DNA of 64,000 nucleotides from Capsulimonadaceae bacterium (GTDB lineage: Bacteria; Armatimonadota; Armatimonadia; Armatimonadales; Capsulimonadaceae): NCBI GenBank assembly GCA_965215505.1, contig OZ244065.1, positions 6,016,001 to 6,080,000 of the forward strand, written 5' to 3'. The notes beneath the pieces were generated by a model. It was not told the origin of the DNA. It saw nothing but the letters and a program-made list of their open reading frames with translations, and did no database searches. Below are positions 8,101 to 17,251 of the stretch, one piece after another. Position numbers and translations under genes: made by a program. Within the stretch, counting starts at the first letter, position 1; each line of letters opens with the position of its first letter.

Positions 8101-9927
8101 TTGAAACACGCGATGCCGCGCGGCTGCCGGGCGTTTGCCCGCGCCGCCATTCCCCTTGCCTTTCTTTCGCTCGCCCCGGCCGCCCACTCCGACCCGAAGG
8201 CCGACCACCAGCGCGGTGCGGACGCCATGCCCGGCATGAGCATGACCGGAATGTCGTCCTCCGTTGACCTCAATGACCCCATGAGCCAGGAGGCGTCGGG
8301 CACGGCCTGGCTCCCCGCGTCCTCGCCGATGTACGGCAAGATGGTCATGGGCAAAAATGGCGACATGCTGATGCTCCACGGGGCTGCCATGGCCCGCTAC
8401 ACCGACACCGGTTCCAAGCGCGGCGACCGCCGCTTCGACGTGCCCAACTGGTTCATGGGCATGTACAGCCACCCCCTGGATGCCAGGTCGCAGCTCGGCC
8501 TGCGCGGCATGTTCAGCCTCGACCCGGTCACCGAGGGCGGCTACGGCTACCCGTTGCTGTTCCAGACCGGCGAGTCCTGGCACGGTCAGCCCCTCCACGA
8601 CCGGCAGCACCCGCATGACCTGGTGAGCGAGCTTGCGGCCACCTATTCGCACCTCCTTGGGGGCGGGCGGTCGGCCTACCTTTACGTCGGCTACCCCGGT
8701 GAACCCGCCCTGGGTCCCCCCACCTACATGCACCGGCTGCTGGCCTATGACCTGGCGGATGCGCCCGTCGGGCACCACTGGCAGGACGCGACCCACATCA
8801 CCTTCGGCGTCGCCACGGCGGGCCTGAACTTCGGCAGCAAGGTCAAGGTCGAGGCGAGCGACTTCACCGGCCGCGAGCCGGACGAGAACCGCTATTCCTT
8901 CGACAAGCCCCGCTTCGACAGCTACAGCGGGCGATTGTCGTATAACCCGGACGCTAACGATGCCCTGCAATTCTCCTACGGCTTCATCAAGAACGCCGAG
9001 GGGGACGGGGCCAATCAGCACCGCATCACCGCCTCCTGGCTGTATAACCGGCCCCTGGGCGAGGACGCGAACTTCACGACGGCATTGGTGTGGGGGCAGA
9101 ACAACCTGACGACCGAGGGCAAGACCAACTCCTATTTGGCCGAGGCCGACTACCAGCACGGCCGAGACACCCTTTTCACGCGCATCGAGAACATCCAGAA
9201 GTCTGGACACGAGCTGGTCCTGCCCGAAGACAGCCTGCAAGGGCGCAAGTTCACCCTGGGCGCGTACACGCTGGGCTATGTGCGTGACCTGACCCACGGG
9301 ACGGGCATTGACACCGGCCTCGGCTTCGCCGTGACGGCGAACACCAAGCCCTCCGCCCTGAACGCCGACTACGGTACGGGCACCCCGGTCTCGTTCCAGA
9401 TTTACCTCCGCCTGCGGCCCTCGCGCATGAAGATGGACGGCATGAAGATGGACGGCATGAAGATGGACGGCATGAAGATGGACGGCATGAAGATGGACGG
9501 CATGAAGATGGACGGCATGAAGATGGACGCTGCTCCCCCTGCGGCCAAGCCGGACGAGGCGCCCGGTGACGCAAAGGCGATGCCGGGAATGGACATGGCC
9601 GCGCCGATGCCTGGCACCGCGCCGACATCCGCGCCCATGAAGATCGCCGCGACTACGGCCGCCGCGCCCAGAGCGGGCGACAACCCGCTGACCATCAGCA
9701 TCACCGACGCGGACGGCAAGCCCGTCGCCGGGGCCTCCATCACAACAAGCGTGGCGATGACCAGCATGGACATGGGCACGACGCACCCGTCCGTCACGGA
9801 GAAGGGCGGCGGCCAGTACGCCGCGACCGTCAATTTCAGCATGGCCGGCCCCTGGCGCGTACAGGTGAAAGTCACCGCGCCGGGCCGGAAGCCCCAGACC
9901 AAAGCCTTCGATTTCAGCGCCAAATAG
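8101..9927 (+). CDS. Secreted Met-rich, probable outer-membrane beta-barrel metal (copper) protein with a C-terminal YtkA/FixH-like domain
   Basis: AGGAG SD and TTG at 8101, signal peptide, EASGTAWLP..SPM, PLLFQTGE, DRQHPHD, GHHWQDATH, alternating beta strands, (MKMDG)n linker, MTSMDMG...FSMAGPW. Confidence 0.75.
   Translation: MKHAMPRGCRAFARAAIPLAFLSLAPAAHSDPKADHQRGADAMPGMSMTGMSSSVDLNDPMSQEASGTAWLPASSPMYGKMVMGKNGDMLMLHGAAMARYTDTGSKRGDRRFDVPNWFMGMYSHPLDARSQLGLRGMFSLDPVTEGGYGYPLLFQTGESWHGQPLHDRQHPHDLVSELAATYSHLLGGGRSAYLYVGYPGEPALGPPTYMHRLLAYDLADAPVGHHWQDATHITFGVATAGLNFGSKVKVEASDFTGREPDENRYSFDKPRFDSYSGRLSYNPDANDALQFSYGFIKNAEGDGANQHRITASWLYNRPLGEDANFTTALVWGQNNLTTEGKTNSYLAEADYQHGRDTLFTRIENIQKSGHELVLPEDSLQGRKFTLGAYTLGYVRDLTHGTGIDTGLGFAVTANTKPSALNADYGTGTPVSFQIYLRLRPSRMKMDGMKMDGMKMDGMKMDGMKMDGMKMDGMKMDAAPPAAKPDEAPGDAKAMPGMDMAAPMPGTAPTSAPMKIAATTAAAPRAGDNPLTISITDADGKPVAGASITTSVAMTSMDMGTTHPSVTEKGGGQYAATVNFSMAGPWRVQVKVTAPGRKPQTKAFDFSAK
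9427..9529 (+). repeat. Perfect 15-nt coding tandem repeat (ATGAAGATGGACGGC, 6 copies plus a partial), encoding MKMDG
   Basis: Directly visible; no spacers. Confidence 0.95.
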
Positions 9928-9978
9928 AGACGACTGTGCGCACACACGACGACGCCACAGCGCCTCGGAAGGAACACC

Positions 9979-10254
9979 ATGAAGACACTCCTACTGACGA
10001 CCGCCGCCCTCGCGGCGCTGACGAGCGGGGCGACAGCCGCCCCCGCTCACGCCCCCAAGCCGGGCGCGGTCAAGGCCGCCCTGATCTGCCCCGTCTCGGG
10101 CGACAAGATCGCCTCCGCCGCCAAAGCCTACAACCACGAGACCTACAAGGGCAAGACCTACTACTTCTGCTGCCCGGACTGCAAGCCCGCCTTCGACAAG
10201 AACCCCGGCAGGATCATCGCCGCCGCCGCCAAGGGCAAATACCGGAAGATGTGA
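9979..10254 (+). CDS. Secreted YHS-domain protein
   Basis: Signal peptide, CPVSG, YKGKTYYFCCPDCKPAFDKNP. Confidence 0.9.
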   Translation: MKTLLLTTAALAALTSGATAAPAHAPKPGAVKAALICPVSGDKIASAAKAYNHETYKGKTYYFCCPDCKPAFDKNPGRIIAAAAKGKYRKM

Positions 10255-10292
10255 CCGTTGGACATGATCTCTCACGCGAAAGGAAGAACCCG

Positions 10293-10541
10293 ATGAACAA
10301 GATGCTCGCACTCAGCGCACTCGCGCTGACCCTGCTCCCCTTGACCGCGAACGCCGCGCCGACACGCCACGCCAAGACGGCCAAGACGGCCGCGACCATG
10401 TACCAGTGCCAGTCCTGCCACATGAAGGTCACGGCGGCGGTCGCTAAGAAGGACGGCTACAAGGACCCGATGGACGGCGGGAAGCTGGTCCCCGTCACGG
10501 CGGCCCCGACCGGCAAGGCGACGGGCGGCACGAAAATGTAA
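10293..10541 (+). CDS. Small secreted heavy-metal-binding-domain-like protein
   Basis: AAGGA SD, signal peptide, MYQCQSCHM...KDPMDGGKLVP. Confidence 0.7.
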   Translation: MNKMLALSALALTLLPLTANAAPTRHAKTAKTAATMYQCQSCHMKVTAAVAKKDGYKDPMDGGKLVPVTAAPTGKATGGTKM

Positions 10542-10548
10542 GCCGCTC

Positions 10549-10577
10549 GGCAGCCCCGGTCATGGACCGGGGCTGCC
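10549..10577 (+). terminator. Stem-loop between the metal-binding gene and the permease
   Basis: ggcagccccggt-catgg-accggggctgcc; no U-tract. Confidence 0.4.
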
Positions 10578-10616
10578 ACTCCTGCCCCCTGACAGCGACC
10601 ATGGGGAGACAGAGAC

Positions 10617-11756
10617 ATGGAAACGATGCCCCATCAACTGGCCTGGCTGTGGCGCAGCCTCTTCGAGTCGGCGGCGATGTTCTGGGAGGTCCTGTGGGCG
10701 CTCGTCCTCGGCTTCGCCGTCTCCGCCCTGCTGCAAGTGTTCGTCAGCAAGGAGCGCATGACGCAGGCTCTGGGCCGGGCGGGGCCGCGCGAGATGGCCC
10801 TGGCGACCGCCTTCGGCGCGGCCTCTTCCTCCTGCTCCTATGCCGCCGTCGCGGCGGCCCGGACCGCCTTCCAGAAGGGCGCGGCCCTCGCCCCGACCTT
10901 GGCCTTCATGTTCGCCTCCACGAACCTCGTCTTCGAGCTGGGGTTCGTCCTGTGGCTCCTGATGGGCTGGCAGTTCGTGCTGGCCGAGACGGTCGGCGCG
11001 TTCGTCCTGATCGCCGTCATGTGGCTGTTGGTCACGCTGACGCTGCCGCACGGACTGGAAGACGAGGCCCGCGCCCACGAGGAGGCGAAAGATGGCGACC
11101 ACGGAGGACACGACCACGGAGGGCATGACCACGGAGGGCATTACATGGGCGGCGGCAGGCTGAGAGCCGTGGCCGACGCCTTCGCGATGGACTGGGGCAT
11201 GCTGTGGAAGGAGATGCTCCTCGGCTTCATCATCGCCGGGTTTCTAGCCGTGCTGGTGTCCAACGGGATGTGGCGGGCTTTGTTCCTGACACACTCCGGC
11301 TCGCCCGCCCTGCGGCTGCTGGAAAACGCCGTCGTCGGGCCGCTGATCGCCGTGCTGTCTTTCGTCTGCTCCATCGGGAACGTCCCGCTGGCGAGCATCC
11401 TGTGGTCGGGCGGCATCTCCTTCGGCGGCGTGATCGCCTTCATCTACGCCGACCTGATCATCGTCCCGCTCATCATCGTCTACGGCAAGTATTACGGGCG
11501 CCGCGCCGCCGCCTACATCACCCTCGTTCTGTTCGCCTCCATGGTGATCGCAGGGCTGGTCGTGGACCTGCTGTTCGGCACGCTGCACCTGATCCCGACC
11601 GGCCCGCGCCCCGCCTCCGCGCTCTCGCAGGCGCACTTCGCCTGGAACTACACGACCTGGCTGGACCTCCTCGCCCTCGCCGCGGCGGCCTTCCTCGCCG
11701 CCGCCCACCTCCGCAGTATGAAAGCCATGACGCACGAACACCACCATCATCATTGA
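10617..11756 (+). CDS. DUF318/ArsP-family permease with His-rich loop and poly-His tail
   Basis: ASSSCSYAA, FMFASTNLV, SFVCSIGNVPLA, FIYADL, (DHGGH)3 loop, C-terminal HEHHHHH. Confidence 0.85.
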   Translation: METMPHQLAWLWRSLFESAAMFWEVLWALVLGFAVSALLQVFVSKERMTQALGRAGPREMALATAFGAASSSCSYAAVAAARTAFQKGAALAPTLAFMFASTNLVFELGFVLWLLMGWQFVLAETVGAFVLIAVMWLLVTLTLPHGLEDEARAHEEAKDGDHGGHDHGGHDHGGHYMGGGRLRAVADAFAMDWGMLWKEMLLGFIIAGFLAVLVSNGMWRALFLTHSGSPALRLLENAVVGPLIAVLSFVCSIGNVPLASILWSGGISFGGVIAFIYADLIIVPLIIVYGKYYGRRAAAYITLVLFASMVIAGLVVDLLFGTLHLIPTGPRPASALSQAHFAWNYTTWLDLLALAAAAFLAAAHLRSMKAMTHEHHHHH

Positions 11757-11831
11757 CTCAGGCCGTTAGAGAGCCTGGCCGCAAGGGTAAAACGTCGGCA
11801 GCGCGCCGCCGCGCGAGAAAGTTGGTGTCCC

Positions 11832-12359
11832 ATGATTCTGCGCCTCTCGCTGGAACTGCCGGAAGACCTGGCCTACATCAAGATCACGCGGATATTAGGC
11901 CGGGCGCTGCTGGAACACCTACAGGTTGACGCGACCGACATCAACGACATCGAGATCCTGGTCGGCGAGCTGTGTTCCAACGTCCTGCGCCACGCCCAGG
12001 GCCACGACGAGCTTTTCCATGTCGTGCTGGAATACTTCAGCGACCACGTCGGCATCATGGTCCAGGACCGGGGGCAGGGCTTCTCGTTCAAAGACGTGCC
12101 CCAGGCCGGGACGAGCCGGGCGGACTTCGGGGGCGGCGAGCGCATCGGCGGCTACGGCATGACCCTGATCCAGAAGCTCTCCGACCACCTGGAGTTCCGC
12201 CGGACCGACCCGCACGGCACCACCGTCTGTGCGGAGAAGAAGCTGCACTACCGCACGGACGCCGCCGCCGCCGCCGCCGACCGGCTGAACAAGTCCGAGG
12301 GGCATGCCGACGTGACGACTTCCTACGAGGAGGCCCCCACTCCCGGCCCCTGTGATTGA
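11832..12359 (+). CDS. RsbW/SpoIIAB-like anti-sigma factor (HATPase_c_2)
   Basis: GELCSNVLRHA, VQDRGQGF, GGYGMTLIQKLSD, GTTV. Confidence 0.85.
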   Translation: MILRLSLELPEDLAYIKITRILGRALLEHLQVDATDINDIEILVGELCSNVLRHAQGHDELFHVVLEYFSDHVGIMVQDRGQGFSFKDVPQAGTSRADFGGGERIGGYGMTLIQKLSDHLEFRRTDPHGTTVCAEKKLHYRTDAAAAAADRLNKSEGHADVTTSYEEAPTPGPCD

Positions 12360-12386
12360 CAGTCTCGGCCCCGAGTCGGGTATACT
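12356..12386 (+). promoter_or_regulatory. Sigma70-type promoter for guaB3
   Basis: TTGACA-N19-TATACT. Confidence 0.55.
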
Positions 12387-12413
12387 AACCGGAAAAGTTT
12401 GGGAGGGGCCGAT

Positions 12414-13580
12414 TTGGAACAGACCATCACGCTGGGGGGGAATAAGAAAGCGCGCCGCGCTTACGGCTTCGATGAAGTGGCTCTGGTGCCCTCCGCCCTG
12501 TCAGTTGACCCGCGCGACGTGGACACCGCCTGGACCCTGGGGCGGCACCGGTTTGCCATCCCCATCGTCGCGAGCGCGATGGATGCCGCAGTCAACCCCC
12601 GTGTGGCCGTCGAGATGACCCGTCTCGGCGGCTTCGCTGTCTTGAACGGCGAGGGACTCCAGACCCGCTACGAGGACGCCGAGGGCATCCTGCTGGAGAT
12701 CGCCGAGGCCGGGGCGGAGGGCATCATCGAGAGGATGCAGAAGCTCTACACCGCCCCCGTCCGCGAGGACCTGGTCGCGCGCCGCATCCAGGAGATCAAG
12801 GCGGGCGGCGGCTTCGCCGCCCTCGCCTCCATCCCGCCGACCGCCCCGCGCCTGGCCGCCGTCGCCGTCGAGGCGGGCGCGGACCTGTTCGTCGTCTCCA
12901 GCCAGGTCGCCACCGCCCGCCACTACTCCACCCACGCCGGCACCGTGGACCTCGCCCGGTTCTGCCGCGACTCGCCCGTCCCGGTCATGGTCGGCAACTG
13001 CGTCTCGTTCCAGGGGGCGACCGAGCTGATGGAGGCGGGAGCCGCCGCCCTCCTCGTCGGGGTCGGGCCGGGCGCGATCTGCACCACCCGCACCGTCCTG
13101 GGCGTCGGCGTCCCCCAGGTCACCGCCGTCGCCGACTGCGCCGCCGCCCGCGACGCCTACAACGAGCGCACGGGCCGCTACGTCCCCCTCCTTGCCGACG
13201 GCGGCATCAAGAACGGCGGCGACCTGGCGAAAGCCGTCGCCGCCGGTGCGGACGCCGTCATGCTCGGGTCGTCGGTCGCCGCCTCCTCCGAGGCCCCCGC
13301 CCCCGGCTACTCCTGGGGCATGGCGATGTCCAACGCCGACCTGCCGCGCGGGACGCGCATCAAGGTCAACGTCATGGGGACGCTGCGCGAGATCTTGCTC
13401 GGCCCCGCCCACCGCGATGACGGCACCATGAACCTCGTCGGCGCCCTGCGCCTCTCCATGGCCACCTGCGGCGCGAAGACCATCCAAGAGATGCAGCAGG
13501 CCGAGATGGTCGTCGCCCCCCAGATCCAGACCGAAGGCAAGTCCATGCAGCGCGCCCAGCACGTCGGCCAGGGACGGTAA
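12414..13580 (+). CDS. guaB: IMP dehydrogenase, GuaB3 family (no CBS domains)
   Basis: [30 protein letters not shown] catalytic loop, ADGG, WGMA, LPRGTRI; GGAGG SD and TTG start. Confidence 0.9.
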   Translation: MEQTITLGGNKKARRAYGFDEVALVPSALSVDPRDVDTAWTLGRHRFAIPIVASAMDAAVNPRVAVEMTRLGGFAVLNGEGLQTRYEDAEGILLEIAEAGAEGIIERMQKLYTAPVREDLVARRIQEIKAGGGFAALASIPPTAPRLAAVAVEAGADLFVVSSQVATARHYSTHAGTVDLARFCRDSPVPVMVGNCVSFQGATELMEAGAAALLVGVGPGAICTTRTVLGVGVPQVTAVADCAAARDAYNERTGRYVPLLADGGIKNGGDLAKAVAAGADAVMLGSSVAASSEAPAPGYSWGMAMSNADLPRGTRIKVNVMGTLREILLGPAHRDDGTMNLVGALRLSMATCGAKTIQEMQQAEMVVAPQIQTEGKSMQRAQHVGQGR

Positions 13581-13593
13581 AGGGCAATCCGGT

Positions 13594-14007
13594 ATGTCGA
13601 AGTATGAGCCTGCTCTGCTTCCCGAAGTAGAAGGTGTGGAAGTGTTGGCCCTCGGCAAACTCACAGGTAGCGATGGTGAGTCTCCTTTCTCGATAAAGGA
13701 TTGGGCCGAGTTTGCGGTGACTGCTTCTGTTCAGGCCGATGAACACCGGACTCAGCATATCGCAGGACTCTGGCGCGGATTGCCTCCAGCCGGACAGGCA
13801 AGATGCCATGTGCCGCCTTTTGCACTGAAGTTTTTCGCCGCAGGTGAGATGTTTCTGGAAGCATCCCTCTGTTGGCAATGCAACAACATCTGGATTCAGG
13901 AAGGGGAGACATTTTCCGTCTACGAGTTTGACGGCAGAGCAGAAGTCTCTCGGGAGCTGCTTGCTGTCTTCAAAACTGTCAGCAAGGTGGAGAAGACGAA
14001 ACAATGA
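13594..14007 (+). CDS. Hypothetical protein (lower GC; ARCHVPP...CWQC)
   Basis: Clean ORF between guaB3 and the antitoxin, overlapping the next start. Confidence 0.6.
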   Translation: MSKYEPALLPEVEGVEVLALGKLTGSDGESPFSIKDWAEFAVTASVQADEHRTQHIAGLWRGLPPAGQARCHVPPFALKFFAAGEMFLEASLCWQCNNIWIQEGETFSVYEFDGRAEVSRELLAVFKTVSKVEKTKQ

Positions 14008-14240
14008 CTATCACATTGAGACCGGAAACGGAAGCCCGCCTGCGGGAAAGGGCGTTGCGCGACGAAGCAGATCCGAGCGAACTCGCTGACGCCCTCTTAT
14101 CGAATGTACTGGTGGACGATACCCGGCGCATGAGTAAGTCTGAGATAGAAGCCTCTTACCGAGCAATGGCTGCGGATGAAGAACGAGAAGCGGAAGCCAT
14201 GGAGTGGAGCGAAGGCACTCTGGGGCATGTTTTTAGATGA
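14004..14240 (+). CDS. Putative antitoxin of the MazF/PemK toxin
   Basis: RHH-like N-terminus (MTITLRPETEARLRERA), acidic tail YRAMAADEEREAEAMEW; ATGA overlap with the toxin. Confidence 0.75.
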   Translation: MTITLRPETEARLRERALRDEADPSELADALLSNVLVDDTRRMSKSEIEASYRAMAADEEREAEAMEWSEGTLGHVFR

Positions 14241-14560
14241 AACGCGGTGAAGTCTGGTGGGTCGCCTTCGATCCGTCCGTCGGCGGTGAAATCCAGAAAA
14301 CGCGCCCTGCTGTCATCGTCAGTAACGACAGCGCGAACGCTTCATTGAATCGGCTACAAGTCGTTGCCGTATCAAGTCAGGTAAACCGAGTATACGCGGC
14401 GGAAGCCATCGTGACTTTGAACGGCCAGGTGCGGAAGGTCATGGCGGATCAACTCACGACCGTCAGCAAACTACGGGTCGGCGGCAAGGTAGGCGAACTC
14501 TCGGACGCTGATATGGCGAACGTAGATCGAATTATCAAGTTTCAGTTGGGGATGTCTTAA
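14237..14560 (+). CDS. mazF: MazF/PemK-family toxin endoribonuclease
   Basis: MKRGEVWWVAFDPSVGGEIQKTRPAVIVSND, DQLTTVSKLR. Confidence 0.92.
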   Translation: MKRGEVWWVAFDPSVGGEIQKTRPAVIVSNDSANASLNRLQVVAVSSQVNRVYAAEAIVTLNGQVRKVMADQLTTVSKLRVGGKVGELSDADMANVDRIIKFQLGMS

Positions 14561-14632
14561 GATGATGATAACAATCATGAGTGATGTTGCGAGAACAAAC
14601 TACTCTCTAATGCAGGTGGGGTGGGGGCAGCC

Positions 14633-16246
14633 ATGTCTCTGACCCCCCAGCACCAGGACCAGCCGGTCCTGACCAACTACGCTCCGCGCGGCGCTTCCGT
14701 CAGCGGGGACGGCATGACGCCGCCGGAGCTTGTCCTCGTCCTGGACTTCGGCGCGCAATACACCCAGCTCATCGCCCGGCGCATCCGGGAGTGCCACGTC
14801 TACTGCGAGATCCTGCCCTACGACACGCCCCTGGACGTCATCAAGGCGCGTAATGCGGTCGGCCTGATCCTGTCCGGCGGGCCGTCCTCCGTCTATGACG
14901 AGGGGGCACCGCAGATAGACCGCGCCGTTTATGACCTGGGCCTGCCGATTTTAGGCATCTGCTACGGGATGCAGGCGATGGCGCACGACCTGGGCGGTAA
15001 GGTGTCGGCGGCAACCCTCAAAGAGTTCGGCAAGACGCGGCTGGACGTGCTGGACCCCAAGGTCCTGTTTGAAGGCCTGAACCCAGAACTGGTCTGCTGG
15101 ATGAGCCACGGCGACACCGTCGAAGCGCCCCCGCCCGGCTTTACTGTCGCCGCCGCCACCGACAACTGCCCCTGCGCGGCCATGTACGACGCCGAGCGCC
15201 GCTTTTATGCCGTCCAGTTCCACCCCGAGGTCGTGCACACCCCTTGGGGCACCGAGGTCATCCGCGGCTTCGTCGAGAAGGTCTGCGGGACGCGGGGCCT
15301 GTGGCACATGGAGAGCTTCGTCGAGCAGCAGGTGCGGCTCATCCGCGCGCAGGTCGGGGCAAGCAAGGTCGTCTGCGGCCTGTCTGGGGGCATTGATAGC
15401 TGCACCGTCGCCGCGCTGATGCACAAGGCCGTCGGCGACCAGCTCGTCTGCATCTTCGTCAACCACGGCCTGCTCCGCAAGGGCGAGGCCGAGGACGTCC
15501 AGCGCCGGTTCGCCGCCGCCCTCAACATCAACCTGATCACCGTGGACGCCGAGGAGCGGTTCCTGCGCCGCCTGGCCGGAGTGATAGACCCCGAGCAGAA
15601 GCGCAAGATCATCGGCGAGGAGTTCGTGCGCGTCTTCGAGGAGGAGTCCAACAAGCTCAAAGACGCCGACTTCCTGGCCCAAGGCACCCTCTACCCGGAC
15701 GTCATCGAGTCGGGCACCGGCAAGGCCGCCAAGATCAAGACCCACCACAACGTCGGCCTGCCCGAAGACATGCAGTTCAAGCTGGTCGAGCCGCTGAGAT
15801 TTCTCTTCAAGGATGAAGTCCGCGCCGTCGCCGAGGAACTCGGCCTGCCCTCCGACCTCGTCTGGCGTCAGCCCTTCCCCGGTCCCGGCCTCGCCATCCG
15901 CATCCTGGGCGAAGTCACCAAGGACCACCTGGACCTTCTGCGCTCCGCCGACTGGATCATCATCGACGAGATCAAGCGCGCGGGCCTCTACCGCAAAGTC
16001 TGGCAGTCCTTCGCCGTCCTCATCCCCACCAAGAGCGTCGGCGTCATGGGCGACCAGCGCACCTACGCCTACCCCATCGTCATCCGCGCCGTCACTTCCG
16101 AGGACGCCATGACGGCGGACTGGGCGCGGCTCCCCTACGAAGTCCTCGACCGTATCTCCAGCCGCATCGTCAACGAGGTCCCCGGCGTCAACCGCGTCGT
16201 CCTGGACATCACCAGCAAGCCCCCGGCGACTATCGAATGGGAGTGA
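14633..16246 (+). CDS. guaA: GMP synthase (glutamine-hydrolysing)
   Basis: [60 protein letters not shown]; exact start uncertain (14633 or 14714). Confidence 0.96.
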   Translation: MSLTPQHQDQPVLTNYAPRGASVSGDGMTPPELVLVLDFGAQYTQLIARRIRECHVYCEILPYDTPLDVIKARNAVGLILSGGPSSVYDEGAPQIDRAVYDLGLPILGICYGMQAMAHDLGGKVSAATLKEFGKTRLDVLDPKVLFEGLNPELVCWMSHGDTVEAPPPGFTVAAATDNCPCAAMYDAERRFYAVQFHPEVVHTPWGTEVIRGFVEKVCGTRGLWHMESFVEQQVRLIRAQVGASKVVCGLSGGIDSCTVAALMHKAVGDQLVCIFVNHGLLRKGEAEDVQRRFAAALNINLITVDAEERFLRRLAGVIDPEQKRKIIGEEFVRVFEEESNKLKDADFLAQGTLYPDVIESGTGKAAKIKTHHNVGLPEDMQFKLVEPLRFLFKDEVRAVAEELGLPSDLVWRQPFPGPGLAIRILGEVTKDHLDLLRSADWIIIDEIKRAGLYRKVWQSFAVLIPTKSVGVMGDQRTYAYPIVIRAVTSEDAMTADWARLPYEVLDRISSRIVNEVPGVNRVVLDITSKPPATIEWE

Positions 16247-16251
16247 TACGG

Positions 16252-16911
16252 ATGGGTCGCCATTCGACAAGAACATCGCGCACCGGCTCTGTATCTGGGC
16301 GTGACGAGATCAGGGTGCCGCTGAACCTAGACAGATCACGGCGGCGTCAAGATGTATTATCGGCTACAGCAACAATGGGAGTGGCCATGGCTGTAGGGTT
16401 CTTGGCCTTTCCCGCGATGGGCGTGTACATAGCGATCATTGATCCGACACAACGTAAGGCGGGCATCATCCTCGCTGCCATCTCTCTGTTGCTGCCGCTG
16501 TTGGTCGGCATAATGGCTTGGCCCGGAATACAGCAGGCGAAATCTTCCGCGAAGACGCTGAAGGAGAGTCAGCCCGCCCTTGTAATAAACCGAGCGGGGG
16601 TTCAGGACAACGCTTCTACCTATGTTGTTGGCCTCATCCCCTGGGCGGACATCGCCTCGGTAATCAGCACGACACAATACTCCTGGGATCGCCATCGGGG
16701 CGTGAAAAGAGCCTGGTCGGGAATCGCCTTCGTAATCAGAGACATGAACAGTCTGCTCAGGCGGCAACCCGTCTTGATGAGTCAGGAAATGAGGATGGAC
16801 CCTAATGTCAGCGCCAGAAGCCAGATATTCATTCCACAAGCCATGCTTGATGCTGATGTGAATGAGCTGGTGATCGAAATCAACAACTTCCGGGCGAGGG
16901 TGACGCCATGA
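16252..16911 (+). CDS. Hypothetical two-TM membrane protein
   Basis: Two hydrophobic helices followed by PALVINRAGV..IPWADI; lower GC. Confidence 0.65.
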   Translation: MGRHSTRTSRTGSVSGRDEIRVPLNLDRSRRRQDVLSATATMGVAMAVGFLAFPAMGVYIAIIDPTQRKAGIILAAISLLLPLLVGIMAWPGIQQAKSSAKTLKESQPALVINRAGVQDNASTYVVGLIPWADIASVISTTQYSWDRHRGVKRAWSGIAFVIRDMNSLLRRQPVLMSQEMRMDPNVSARSQIFIPQAMLDADVNELVIEINNFRARVTP

Positions 16912-16928
16912 CAGCCACGCTATCATGA

Positions 16929-17219
16929 TTGTTGCCAGGGGGTACTCAAATAAAGCGTCTAGAACAAGAACTGGAACAACGGTTGCCGCATCAATTCCCC
17001 GGCGCACAAGTGTCATTCGACGCCGGCCGTCAAGGGGCCAAGTTAAGCGGCATTCTGGCCTGGACGGGCTTCGCCGGACTCGAACCCATCGACCGCCAGG
17101 GCCTACTCTGGCGTGCGATCCGCGCTCACTTCAACCGCGAGGATCAACTGGGCATCTCGTCCATCATCACGCTGACGCCCGCCGAGTATGCCGTCTACCG
17201 CGAGCCGCAGATGGCCTGA
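16929..17219 (+). CDS. BolA-like hypothetical protein
   Basis: FAGLEPIDRQGLLWRAI...TLTPAEY resembles the BolA FxGxxxxxRxxxV and TPxE pattern. Confidence 0.5.
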   Translation: MLPGGTQIKRLEQELEQRLPHQFPGAQVSFDAGRQGAKLSGILAWTGFAGLEPIDRQGLLWRAIRAHFNREDQLGISSIITLTPAEYAVYREPQMA

Positions 17220-17251
17220 CCGGCACCCCAGCCGGGGAGAAAGGGAATGGG

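Noticed and set aside
9427-9529. Possible CRISPR array
   Set aside because: Head-to-tail 15-nt coding repeat without spacers; no cas genes
8071-9945. Long antisense ORFs (this one and e.g. 14951..16276, 19997..21547, 22044..23621, 53421..54971, 61065..62870)
   Set aside because: Shadow frames of high-GC genes with no motifs or start signals
12356-12386. MerR-type promoter (19-bp spacer with a CTCGG-cc-CCGAG dyad)
   Set aside because: Arms of only 5 bp in GC-rich DNA, the target is guaB3, and no MerR gene is nearby
16225-16250. guaA 3' end as the attachment site of a genomic island
   Set aside because: No integrase and no duplicated guaA 3' sequence seen in the window
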